DNA of 64,000 nt, taken from Clostridia bacterium. GTDB lineage: Bacteria > Bacillota > Clostridia > UMGS1883. Shown here piece after piece: positions 38,852 to 48,598 of this stretch. The notes beneath the pieces were generated by a model, which worked only from the letters and a program-made list of their open reading frames with translations, made no database searches and was not told the DNA's origin. The translations under genes were made by a program, and so were the position numbers. The stretch is taken from positions 16,820-80,819 of the forward strand of contig JBJDXJ010000063.1 in the NCBI GenBank assembly GCA_051866635.1, read 5' to 3'. Position 1 is the stretch's first letter; every line of letters starts with the position of its first letter.

Positions 38852-39866
38852 CGCTTTGCAATTTTATTCCCAATATACCTTCATCTTCATACATGTAAAA
38901 ATAACTACCATTGTAGTAGAGTGAATAAGCATAAATACCATCTATTTCATCTATGTACTCCCATGTTCCGCCCCGAACAATTCTACCAAAATCATCAATC
39001 TCATCTAATAAATCTTTAACTTCCAAACTGTCCCGAAATGTACCATTATAAGCATTATAAGACGGCATGCTGACAGACATATGTCCATCACCTTCAAATG
39101 TGTATTGAACACCGGTAGCTTTTTTCCATGTGCCGATAATTGCCACTTTGCTTTCAATACTTTTTGCGAGTTTTTTCGCTTCACTTTTTGTTTTTTCATC
39201 AGCATTAACATTCTTCTCTATGTCTTTAAGACATTCGTCCGCAAAAATATATCCACCATCTTCTATAAATTTTTTTGCCGAATTAAGATTTTTTATTGCC
39301 ATCTCTCGTTGAGCTTCTACAAAATCATCAACGTACTTACCATTCGGGTAGTAGTCCATGTACACATCATAAAATCTATTAATTTCATATTCATCATCAT
39401 TACAATTCAACAATTCCGTATAGAGGTCTTCTTCTACATCTTCTTTTAATGCATTAATCTTTTTTATATATCGTTTTTTATTGGAATAGGTTTCACTAAA
39501 TTCTTCAATATCTTCCAATGTATTACGGTAATCGTCATGTTCTTTTTTTACCGGATATTGATATTCATTGACAATTTCCTTATACAATTTAGCTTCAGGA
39601 TTAGGAATTAAAATCATGAGAATTACAAAGGCTACCGAAATAACAGCTATAATAGGCAGGATTTTTTTCTTAAGCGGTTTGACATTTCTGGAATAATCTA
39701 ATTCATAGGAACTTTCCTCTTGTTCTGTTACTTCTGCATTTACAGTTATGGTTTCTTCCTTTTTTATGTTCTTCTCTTGCATTTTGTCATCCGATTCATC
39801 AGCCTGACATTTTTCACAAAAGCCATTCTCCATAAATTTTCCGCACTTAGGACAAATACTTGACAT
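38820..39866 (-). CDS. Zinc-ribbon single-pass membrane protein with extracellular helical and beta domains
   Basis: CPKC/CEKC, acidic linker, TM, 'YPNGKY', 'IIGTWKK'. Confidence 0.75.
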   Translation of the reverse strand: MSSICPKCGKFMENGFCEKCQADESDDKMQEKNIKKEETITVNAEVTEQEESSYELDYSRNVKPLKKKILPIIAVISVAFVILMILIPNPEAKLYKEIVNEYQYPVKKEHDDYRNTLEDIEEFSETYSNKKRYIKKINALKEDVEEDLYTELLNCNDDEYEINRFYDVYMDYYPNGKYVDDFVEAQREMAIKNLNSAKKFIEDGGYIFADECLKDIEKNVNADEKTKSEAKKLAKSIESKVAIIGTWKKATGVQYTFEGDGHMSVSMPSYNAYNGTFRDSLEVKDLLDEIDDFGRIVRGGTWEYIDEIDGIYAYSLYYNGSYFYMYEDEGILGIKLQSGLGEMSYLFR

Positions 39867-40150
39867 ATTAACATCTCCCTCTGATTATTTATTCTTTATT
39901 TATTTTTGCATCCGTCCGTTTTCATAAGAATTGTGCTTACAAGGACACATGCGAAGCACCAAAGAAATACCGGCACATATCACCAAAACAGCAGTAATAC
40001 TATCACACAAATTTGTCTTGGCAGTTTATTACATATTATCACACAACCTAACAAATTGCAACTATTTTTTGATATAATTTTTAACTATATTTTTGAATGT
40101 TTATTTAATTGGCAAAATGGGATAGAATTATAGCAATAGGGGGTTATGCT

Positions 40151-40324
40151 ATGGATTTTATTATAAAAAAGACTACAAGTTCCAACCGCACGGTCAGAAT
40201 GCCTGACGAATTAATCGAAACTATCAGCACCATTGCCAACGAAAAGGGCATTTCCTTCAATCAGCTTGTTATTCAGTGCTGTGAATATGCGTTGGACCAC
40301 CTTAAGGACGAGAAAACAGAATAA
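40151..40324 (+). CDS. Ribbon-helix-helix DNA-binding protein (Arc/HicB-C-like)
   Basis: 'RTVRMPDELIE...EKGISFNQLVIQCCEYAL'. Confidence 0.75.
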   Translation: MDFIIKKTTSSNRTVRMPDELIETISTIANEKGISFNQLVIQCCEYALDHLKDEKTE

Positions 40325-40350
40325 AACGTCTTTTTTGTTTTATTATAGTC

Positions 40351-40403
40351 AAAAGCACAGAAAAAGTCCCGGACAAATTGTCCAAGACTTTTCTGTGCTT
40401 TTT
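40351..40403. terminator. Bidirectional terminator
   Basis: aaagcacagaaaaagtc / gacttttctgtgcttt between convergent genes. Confidence 0.75.
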
Positions 40404-40406
40404 ATT

Positions 40407-41879
40407 TTAATATACAGGTACTAATCTATTCTCCTCCAATGCATAGCCTGTTATATCGCCCAAATCATACCATTCAACGTTAAACTTTTTTGTATATGCA
40501 GTCATATAGAAGGAATACTCTTTTGAAAACATATCTCCTTCGCAGAGATAAAAGCCTGTTTCCTCATCGTATTTTATACACCATGCAATACAATAATTAA
40601 AATTATTGTAAAACTGATGCTCGATAACCCCGATGCATCCTTCGTTAAGCCCTATCAACAGCTCGGGCACATCGTCATAGTCCATATCACAACAGATTAT
40701 ATCGGCGTTTTTTCTGTCTGGCGGATTAAAAAGGCTGTAATCGTACTGCCCATTGTAGGCAAATTCACCTGTGAAATCGTGTCCGTAGTCATCATTAAGA
40801 TAAACCTTAAGTTTGCCGTCTGAAAGGGTTATGTCGGCATTGACCAAAGTATTGTTTTCTCCCAGCTTTATTTTGCCTTTTTTATTTCCGTCCTCTAAAA
40901 ACAGCAGATGGTCCCAGGGCTTGTACATTGAAAAAATCGCCACATGATTATATGTAGGGTATTTGCTGTACTCCTCCATTTTGCTGTCAGATGCAAATCC
41001 GGTAAAATATGTATCTTCATCTAATGTGATTTCCGCTTCTGTATCTTTTTCATCTATTTCGGCAGTTATGCTATTGGAAGGTTTCTCCATATAGAGGGCA
41101 TTATCCGTTGGGTTTGTGGGCTGTTTTTTGTCAAAGGCGGCGTTACTTTTTCCATTTATCAGACAAATGCAGGCAACAAGTGCCAAAAGGGCAGATGCGG
41201 CACATATTGCAGGAGGTATTATACGGCAAAATATTATTGCACGATGTAAGGCTTTAACGTTTTTATACCGCTGGGACGGGTCAAGCCGCTTGCATTTTTC
41301 CGATATTTTGTGCAAACAACCCTTTATACCTAAGTAATCCAATACAGCCTGTATTGTTGCACCAAAGGCATATATATCTGTTTTAAAATCTGTGGGCATC
41401 ATGCCGTACTGTTCAATAGGGGCATAACCGAAGGTGCCCATTTTTTCGGTATCTTGCCGTATTTCAGACCTGTAAATGCGGGCAATATCGTAATCAATCA
41501 ACCATATGTGATTTGACGCATCAACAAGTATATTGTCGGGCTTAATATCTCTGTGGATAATATTTTGACTGTGTAGGACTGCTAATGCATCTGTCAATTG
41601 TAGCATAATGGAGCGTATTTCTTTTTTTGTGAACTTACGACCTTCCTCCATAAGTGTTGATAAGGACTTGCCTTCAATATATTCCTCAACAACAACTGTT
41701 TTATCGCCAAATTCCACAGAGAAAATCTTTGGTATGTTGGGGCTTGAAATTTTTTGAAGGTTTTTGTAAATTTCACGCTTGTCCCCTTCTATTTCCCTTT
41801 TGAGATATTTTTTGCCGTTATCTGTACAGAGAACAATTTTCTGCCTGTCATTTTGTTTTAAAATCTCACATTCTTTCAA
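40407..41879 (-). CDS. Membrane-anchored Hanks-type Ser/Thr protein kinase
   Basis: 'HRDIKPDN', 'DYDIAR', 'GTFGYAPIEQ', 'DIYAFG'; TM then extracellular domain. Confidence 0.92.
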   Translation of the reverse strand: MKECEILKQNDRQKIVLCTDNGKKYLKREIEGDKREIYKNLQKISSPNIPKIFSVEFGDKTVVVEEYIEGKSLSTLMEEGRKFTKKEIRSIMLQLTDALAVLHSQNIIHRDIKPDNILVDASNHIWLIDYDIARIYRSEIRQDTEKMGTFGYAPIEQYGMMPTDFKTDIYAFGATIQAVLDYLGIKGCLHKISEKCKRLDPSQRYKNVKALHRAIIFCRIIPPAICAASALLALVACICLINGKSNAAFDKKQPTNPTDNALYMEKPSNSITAEIDEKDTEAEITLDEDTYFTGFASDSKMEEYSKYPTYNHVAIFSMYKPWDHLLFLEDGNKKGKIKLGENNTLVNADITLSDGKLKVYLNDDYGHDFTGEFAYNGQYDYSLFNPPDRKNADIICCDMDYDDVPELLIGLNEGCIGVIEHQFYNNFNYCIAWCIKYDEETGFYLCEGDMFSKEYSFYMTAYTKKFNVEWYDLGDITGYALEENRLVPVY

Positions 41880-41950
41880 TCAAATCCCTCCTTGCAAAAT
41901 GTTACAATTTGTATTATCATAATTATATTAAATTTAAGGAGTGTTTGTCA

Positions 41951-42373
41951 ATGGCTTCAATTACGGAAGAACTGTTAACCGAATTAAAAAACGCCTCTGA
42001 TTTACAAAGCTTTTTTAAAAAGCACGAAAATGACTTTATCGAAAAGAGCCTTGATGTTTATTTAAACGAGTTTTTAGCCGCAAAAGGGATAAGCATTTCG
42101 GACATTATAAAATCATCCGGTGCAGGGGAATATGCTTACAAAATATTTAAAGGGGAAAGAAAGCCCTCGAGAGATATTCTCATATCAATAGCATTCGGTA
42201 TGGGGCTTTCTTTGCAGGAAACACAACTTATGCTACGCATTGCAAAATTTGCTGTTTTAGACCCCAGGGATAAACGTGACGGAGTTATAATATATGCATT
42301 AACCCACAATATGACAGTATTTGAGGCTGACGATGTTTTAGACGAAAACAATTTCACCACAATTAACAGTTAA
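41951..42373 (+). CDS. XRE-family HTH protein
   Basis: 'YAYKIFKGERKPSRDILISIAFGMGLSLQETQLML'; divergent from the kinase. Confidence 0.75.
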   Translation: MASITEELLTELKNASDLQSFFKKHENDFIEKSLDVYLNEFLAAKGISISDIIKSSGAGEYAYKIFKGERKPSRDILISIAFGMGLSLQETQLMLRIAKFAVLDPRDKRDGVIIYALTHNMTVFEADDVLDENNFTTINS

Positions 42374-42443
42374 CTTAAGAAGGGGTTGGATTTAATAAAA
42401 CTTTCCTTATCTAAGTGCATTTCTTAATGCTCAACTTTTTTTA

Positions 42444-42482
42444 TAATAATGGGGTCAGGCTTGTCACCTGACCCCATTATTA
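42444..42482. repeat. Perfect 16-bp palindromic hairpin (REP-like or bidirectional terminator)
   Basis: taataatggggtcagg-N7-cctgaccccattatta. Confidence 0.8.
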
Positions 42483-42513
42483 CAGAACGGTTTTTCTTCG
42501 TATAAATACACTT

Positions 42514-43854
42514 TTAATTTTTCAAACTCTGCAAAGGTGCCGGAATTCTGCCGCCACGGGCAATAAATTCACTGCAGGACTTATTGTTAACACTCATAAC
42601 GGGACCTGAACCTAAAAGTCCTCCGAATTCAACCACATCCCCAACCTTCTTACCCTTGGCAGGGATAACTCTTACGGCTGTTGTTTTACTGTTAACCATA
42701 CCGATTGCGGCTTCATCTGCAATAATACCGGAAATTGTTTCTGCCGTTGTGTCCCCCGGCACTGCAATCATATCAAGACCTACAGAACACACACAAGTCA
42801 TTGCTTCAAGTTTTTCAAGAGTTAAGCACCCTGACTTTACAGCGGAAATCATACCTGCATCTTCGCTTACGGGAATAAATGCACCCGACAAACCGCCAAC
42901 GTAACTGGATGCCATAACACCGCCCTTTTTAACGGCATCGTTAAGCAGAGCAAGTGCGGCAGTAGTGCCGTGTGTACCGCACTGTTCCAAGCCCATTTCC
43001 TCAAGAATGTATGCAACAGAGTCACCTACCGCAGGGGTGGGAGCCAATGAAAGGTCCACAATACCGAAGGGGACATTCAATCTCTTTGATGCTTCTACAG
43101 CCACCATCTGACCCATTCTTGTTATTTTGAAGGCCGTTTTTTTCACAGTGTCAGCCACAACGCCGAAGGGCTGACCCTTTACCTTTTCCAAAGCACATTT
43201 TACAACGCCGGGACCTGATACGCCCACATTGATTACACATTCCCCTTCACCTGTGCCGTGGAAAGCACCTGCCATAAAGGGATTATCTTCAACTGCATTT
43301 GCAAACACAACAAGCTTTGCACAAGCCATATCATCCAATTCTGAGGCTTTTTTTATAACCTGACCCATCTGTCTTACAGCATCCATATTGATGCCTGCTT
43401 TTGTGCTTGCCACATTAACAGATGAACACATTTTACTTGTTTCTGCCAAGGCTTCGGGAATAGAGTCCACAAACAAGCGGTCAGAATCAGTATAGCCCTT
43501 TGCCACCAGTGCGGAGTAGCCGCCTATAAAGTTTACGCCTGTAGTTTCTGCCGCACGGTCAAGTGCCTTTGCAAACTCCACATAATGACCACAGCTTGAT
43601 GCCACATGTGATATGGGAGTTACGGAAATACGCTTATTAATAATGGGAATACCGAATTCCTTTTCAATATCCACACCTGTTTTTACAAGATTTTCTGCGT
43701 ATTTTGTTATTTTATCATACACTTTCACCGTTGCTTTTTTGTAGTCCTCACAGGCACAATCCAAAAGTGATATACCCATGGTGATGGTGCGGACATCAAG
43801 ATGCTCGGCATTTATCATGTTCAGTGTTTCATAAATTTCAAGATTATTTATCAT
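42514..43854 (-). CDS. UPF0210/DUF711 (PFL family) protein
   Basis: '[13 protein letters not shown]', 'NKRISVTP', 'VCSVGLDM', 'RIPAP'. Confidence 0.92.
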   Translation of the reverse strand: MINNLEIYETLNMINAEHLDVRTITMGISLLDCACEDYKKATVKVYDKITKYAENLVKTGVDIEKEFGIPIINKRISVTPISHVASSCGHYVEFAKALDRAAETTGVNFIGGYSALVAKGYTDSDRLFVDSIPEALAETSKMCSSVNVASTKAGINMDAVRQMGQVIKKASELDDMACAKLVVFANAVEDNPFMAGAFHGTGEGECVINVGVSGPGVVKCALEKVKGQPFGVVADTVKKTAFKITRMGQMVAVEASKRLNVPFGIVDLSLAPTPAVGDSVAYILEEMGLEQCGTHGTTAALALLNDAVKKGGVMASSYVGGLSGAFIPVSEDAGMISAVKSGCLTLEKLEAMTCVCSVGLDMIAVPGDTTAETISGIIADEAAIGMVNSKTTAVRVIPAKGKKVGDVVEFGGLLGSGPVMSVNNKSCSEFIARGGRIPAPLQSLKN

Positions 43855-43865
43855 AGGGGTACCTC

Positions 43866-44135
43866 TTATATTCTGTGCATAGATTCAAAGGTCTGCTTTC
43901 TCTGAATGGTAATCTGTACGCCGATTTCCTCACCGAGAGAAGTAAGCTCCTGACGTAATAAGTCAAAGTCTACATTACATTCCTTTGTGTCCACCATGGC
44001 TGTCATAACGAAAATATCTTCCATAATTGTCTGGGATATATCGATAATATTTACATCTCTTTCGTATAAAACGGTACTTACCTTAGAAATAATACCTTTT
44101 TTGTCCTTGCCTATTACTGCAACAACTGCTTTCAT
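43866..44135 (-). CDS. ACT domain protein (UPF0237)
   Basis: 'GKDKKGII', 'NIIDISQT', 'FESMHRI'; usual partner of DUF711. Confidence 0.9.
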   Translation of the reverse strand: MKAVVAVIGKDKKGIISKVSTVLYERDVNIIDISQTIMEDIFVMTAMVDTKECNVDFDLLRQELTSLGEEIGVQITIQRKQTFESMHRI

Positions 44136-44149
44136 AACTTCAATCCTTT

Positions 44150-44884
44150 CTAACGCTGCTTCATAGCTTCATAAATCATTAATGCACCTGCTACGGAAGC
44201 ATTAAGACTGTTAACATTTCCCTTCATTGGTATGCTCACCAAAAAGTCACATTTTGAGGCGGTAAGTCTGCTTATTCCCTTATCCTCGCCGCCTATAACA
44301 AGTGCAACTGCACCTTTGAAGTCCGCTTCGTAAATGCTTCTGTCACCTTTGGCATCAGCACCTGTAACCCACACGCCCTGTTCCTTTAAATAATCAATGG
44401 TCTGAGCTATATTAGAAACCCTTGCCACGGGGGTAAAACTTGCCGCACCTGCGGAGGCCTTAACGGCAGAAGCGGTTAAGGTTACACCGTCGTGCTTTGA
44501 AATAATCAAGCCGTGAACACCGGCACAGTTGGCTGTACGTATAATTGAGCCTAAGTTGTGGGGGTCCTCCAAGTGATCCAGAATTACGATAAATGGAGCT
44601 TCACCCTTTTCTTTGGCAATGTTTAAAATATCGTCAACCGTTTTGTATTCATAAGGCGGTATTCGTGCAATAACGCCCTGATGCACACCTGTTTCACTCA
44701 TGGAATCAAGTTTTTTATTATCCACTTCAACTACCTGTATTCCCTTATCCCTTGCCATTGCGATAATCTGCGTAAGGCTTCCTTTGTTTTCGCCACGCTT
44801 AACGTATATCTTATCTATCTGCCGTCCGCTTCTTATAGCCGCAGACACGGCATTTCTTCCTTCAATTACATCTTCATACATCAA
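44150..44884 (-). CDS. rlmB: 23S rRNA Gm2251 methyltransferase
   Basis: 'HQGV', 'DPHNLGSIIRTA', 'SLNASVA' SPOUT motifs. Confidence 0.93.
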   Translation of the reverse strand: MMYEDVIEGRNAVSAAIRSGRQIDKIYVKRGENKGSLTQIIAMARDKGIQVVEVDNKKLDSMSETGVHQGVIARIPPYEYKTVDDILNIAKEKGEAPFIVILDHLEDPHNLGSIIRTANCAGVHGLIISKHDGVTLTASAVKASAGAASFTPVARVSNIAQTIDYLKEQGVWVTGADAKGDRSIYEADFKGAVALVIGGEDKGISRLTASKCDFLVSIPMKGNVNSLNASVAGALMIYEAMKQR

Positions 44885-47346
44885 CTAACCCTGCCTTTCG
44901 TCTTAATGTATTCACAAAATCCGTTTATTACACAAGATAGAATGGCTAACAGTATTGCCATAAGTATATTGTCATTTGTGAACACACCGAAAAGTCCTAA
45001 GAATGATACAAAGTATACTAAAACTGCAACTATGCCCAGGATAATAACACCTATCAAACCGCTTTTTCCCTTTTCTAAATTTCCGTTCCATGCACATCTT
45101 CTTATTGCTTCAAAAATTGCATAGTAAACAAAGAACATCATGGCAGTTCCCACGCTTCCTGCACTTAGGGCAATAAGGCACAAAAGTGCACCGATAAAGC
45201 CAAAAAGCATACATTCATATGCGGTATTTTTCTGACTATGTGGTTTAATACAACCGCCTGCAAAAAGTGACACCACCAAACAGGGAACAAATGCCACAAA
45301 CAGGTTTAATAAAAGTGTTGCGATTGTGGGTATATTGAAATAAATCCCCGTAAAGAGCATATACAACATAACGAGAACTTCACAAAGCCCAACGCCCACT
45401 GCAATAAAAGATGAACAAGTCATATTGGACCTTATTGTTCTTACGAAGGAAATAACATTGCCAACGGAAGTAATATCCTTATTTTCGGTAACTACATCCC
45501 CATCTTCACCGAAAGTAACAGATGAATAAATAGAAACACCGCCATCGGACATTTCGTCACCGGCAACCGCAACAGTTTTTGAGTTTGCCCCAAGAACACG
45601 GACCAGTTTTTCTCTGTCTTCCTTGGAAGCTGAGGAAAATACACTGTATTTATCGCACGCTGACAAAAGTTCTCTGTCAGTAGCATCGCTAAGCTCTCTG
45701 AAGCTTATACATTCATCTTCGCTTTTTATAATGCCCGCCTGTCTTGCCAGTGTTGCGGCAGTTATGGTAAGGTCACCCGTCACCATAATAGGCTTTACAT
45801 GGACCTTTTTTAATTTTGACACAGTTTCCCTTGCCTTTGATACAACCATTTCCCTGTATCCCATAAGACCTACGAAAATCAAATCCTTAATCTCACTTTC
45901 AATATCATCAGGCAATTGGGTAAGGTCCTTATATGCAACAGCACGCACCTTAAGACCTTTTTCAGCCATTGAAGATGATGCATGTTCAATACGGTGCAAT
46001 ACTTCACCGTTCATATCCATTGTATTTTCACCGTCTGTCAATTTAGTGCAAAGGGTGGGAACTACCTCAATAGACCCTTTTACAATAAGTCTGTAGCCAT
46101 CGTCCCACTTGACAATAACAGCCATAAGTTTTCTTGCCTCGTCAAAGGGCACATAATGGATTTTAGGATTGTCCTCAATAAGCTTTTTAACATCGCGACC
46201 TTTATTTATAAGATAATCGGCAGTTGCCGTATCTATACTGTTGCCTTTTACAACGCCTGATGAAAATTCACAGTCACTGCATATAACAGCCATATCCAAT
46301 GCTTCAATATTTGGTATAAGGGTTTCCTCAAGGTCCATCTTTTCGTCTGTGAGCATACCGCCCTTGTCAAAAAGGAAATACTCAACTTCGCCCAAGGAGG
46401 AAAGGATATTTTCATCGGTAACTTTTACATTTTCTTTGCGTAGCTTATTTGAGGCATACTTCATTGCAAGATGCCTTACAAAAGAAACTGCCGCAGGGAT
46501 TAGACACAAGGATATTGTACAAGCAGTTATCATAGCCCGTTTAACGTCTTTAGTTTTCAAAGATACAAAAATTATAACTGCTATGGCACAAAGCATAGAT
46601 ACCAACAAAAGAAGCTTTTCACTGTAGTCATTTTTTGCAAACTTGTTATGCATATCAAGCTTATGTGCTTCCTTTGATGCAGTTTTTGCAAGCAAAGTGT
46701 CCTTTCCTGTTGCAATTACTGTTGCTCTGGCACTGCCTCGTGCAATGCTTGTGCCGCAATAAAGTATGTTATCACATTCAAAGCCTTCGGCTTCGTAATC
46801 CATTTTTTCGCTTTTCTTTTCTACAGGCACACTTCTGTTCCGAAGAAAAGATTCGTCAGCCTTTAAGTTTTCGCACCAAAGAACACGAAGGTCACAGGGC
46901 ACAAAGTCCCCTTCTTCAAGTACAACCACATCGCCACGGACCAAAAGAGTGGGGTCACTTTCCATAAGATTTCCGTCACGGATAATCTTTACATTTTCAC
47001 GCCTTTTTCTGTCAAAAACCTCTGCAATTTTTCTTTCCCTATTATCACGCAAAAAGCCGCTTACCATATTAGATAGGGCAACGGCAAAAAACAGAATCCA
47101 CGCACCCATGCCACTTTTAAAGTCGCACAGTAAAGTGATAATTCCCATAGCAATAAATGCTAACGTATATAAATTTTTAAATTGCATCAAAACGACTGTT
47201 AATGCTCTCTTGCTATAGGTTTTCTCAGGATTGTTTCTGCCTAAATCCAACAACCTGTCATGTGCAGTGAAGGAGGTTAATCCTTCACTGACACTTGTAG
47301 CAAGTTCAATTTCAATTTCACGTTCAGTCATAACGGAGTAATTCAT
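44881..47346 (-). CDS. P2-type cation-transporting ATPase-like protein with degenerate catalytic motifs
   Basis: 'LVRGDVVVLEEGDFVPCDLR', 'VIATG', 'PFDEARKLM', 'VKGS', 'MVTGD' retained; DKTGT reads DKGGM. Confidence 0.8.
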   Translation of the reverse strand: MNYSVMTEREIEIELATSVSEGLTSFTAHDRLLDLGRNNPEKTYSKRALTVVLMQFKNLYTLAFIAMGIITLLCDFKSGMGAWILFFAVALSNMVSGFLRDNRERKIAEVFDRKRRENVKIIRDGNLMESDPTLLVRGDVVVLEEGDFVPCDLRVLWCENLKADESFLRNRSVPVEKKSEKMDYEAEGFECDNILYCGTSIARGSARATVIATGKDTLLAKTASKEAHKLDMHNKFAKNDYSEKLLLLVSMLCAIAVIIFVSLKTKDVKRAMITACTISLCLIPAAVSFVRHLAMKYASNKLRKENVKVTDENILSSLGEVEYFLFDKGGMLTDEKMDLEETLIPNIEALDMAVICSDCEFSSGVVKGNSIDTATADYLINKGRDVKKLIEDNPKIHYVPFDEARKLMAVIVKWDDGYRLIVKGSIEVVPTLCTKLTDGENTMDMNGEVLHRIEHASSSMAEKGLKVRAVAYKDLTQLPDDIESEIKDLIFVGLMGYREMVVSKARETVSKLKKVHVKPIMVTGDLTITAATLARQAGIIKSEDECISFRELSDATDRELLSACDKYSVFSSASKEDREKLVRVLGANSKTVAVAGDEMSDGGVSIYSSVTFGEDGDVVTENKDITSVGNVISFVRTIRSNMTCSSFIAVGVGLCEVLVMLYMLFTGIYFNIPTIATLLLNLFVAFVPCLVVSLFAGGCIKPHSQKNTAYECMLFGFIGALLCLIALSAGSVGTAMMFFVYYAIFEAIRRCAWNGNLEKGKSGLIGVIILGIVAVLVYFVSFLGLFGVFTNDNILMAILLAILSCVINGFCEYIKTKGRVS

Positions 47347-47371
47347 TTCTTATCCTCCTTATCGACTTAAA

Positions 47372-48583
47372 TTATTCACCAAGGTGAAACTTTTCGTGAA
47401 TAGCTCTTACAGCCTTTTCTGCATATTCCTGTTCAATAAGAACACTGATTTTGATTTCACTTGTAGAAATCATCTGTATGTTGATGTCCGCATTGTAAAG
47501 TGCCTCAAACATTGTAGCGGCAACACCGGGGTTAGAAACCATACCTGCACCTACAATAGATACCTTGGAAACATTGTCATAGTGAACAATGCTTTCAGCA
47601 CCGATAATCCCGTTATTTTCCTCCAATACCTTCAATGCACCGTCAAGAGCATCTGCATCTACGGTAAAGCTGATATCCTTGCTTCCGTCACGGCCGATAG
47701 ACTGAAGAATAATATCAACGCTTATCTTATTCTTTGCAAGAAGGCTGAACACCTGGAATGCCTTACCGGGAGTATCCTTCAATCCGCAAAGTGAAATTCT
47801 AGCAACATTATTATCACGTGCAACACCACGTACCAACATCTTTTCCATATTTGTTTCCTCCTTAACTATTGTGCCGGGCTCTTTTACAAGGCTCGAAAGT
47901 ACTTCAAGATTTACATTAAACTTCTTAGCAAGCTCAACTGAACGGTTATGCAGAACATTTGCACCCAAAGAAGCAAGCTCAAGCATTTCATCATAGCTTA
48001 TTGTATCAAGCTTTTTCGCATCCTTTACGATTCTGGGGTCACAGGTAAATACGCCTGTAACATCGGTATAAATCTGACAAAGGTCAGCACCCAATGCCGC
48101 CGCAATTGCAACAGCACTTGTGTCAGAGCCGCCTCTGCCCAATGTTGTGATATCGTCATATTTGTTTATGCCCTGGAAACCTGCCACAATAACAATATTT
48201 CTCTGGTCAAGTTCACGGCGAATTCTTTCACCTGTAACTCGTCTTACTCTTGCCTTTGAGTAACTGCTGTCAGTAATCATGCCTGCCTGCCAGCCTGTAA
48301 GGGAAATAGCAGGTCTGCCAAGTTTCTGTATTGCCATGGCAAGAAGGCTCATTGAAATCTGTTCACCGGCAGAAAGGAGGGAGTCCATCTCTCTCTTTGA
48401 TGCACGATCATTAATTTCTTTAGCCTTTTCAATCAAATCATCTGTTGTATCACCCTGAGCACTTACTACAACAACAACGTCATTGCCGTTGTCATAAGTC
48501 TCAACTACACGTGAAGCAACATTGAAAATTCTCTCAGCGTTTGCAACGGAAGTTCCGCCGAACTTCTGAACTATAAGACTCAT
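47372..48583 (-). CDS. lysC: Aspartate kinase
   Basis: 'VQKFGGTSV', 'TLGRGGSDTSA', two ACT domains. Confidence 0.93.
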   Translation of the reverse strand: MSLIVQKFGGTSVANAERIFNVASRVVETYDNGNDVVVVVSAQGDTTDDLIEKAKEINDRASKREMDSLLSAGEQISMSLLAMAIQKLGRPAISLTGWQAGMITDSSYSKARVRRVTGERIRRELDQRNIVIVAGFQGINKYDDITTLGRGGSDTSAVAIAAALGADLCQIYTDVTGVFTCDPRIVKDAKKLDTISYDEMLELASLGANVLHNRSVELAKKFNVNLEVLSSLVKEPGTIVKEETNMEKMLVRGVARDNNVARISLCGLKDTPGKAFQVFSLLAKNKISVDIILQSIGRDGSKDISFTVDADALDGALKVLEENNGIIGAESIVHYDNVSKVSIVGAGMVSNPGVAATMFEALYNADINIQMISTSEIKISVLIEQEYAEKAVRAIHEKFHLGE

Positions 48584-48598
48584 AATTTTCTCATTCCT

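Noticed and set aside
40151-40324. HicAB toxin-antitoxin module
   Set aside because: Only an RHH domain is present; no adjacent toxin ORF
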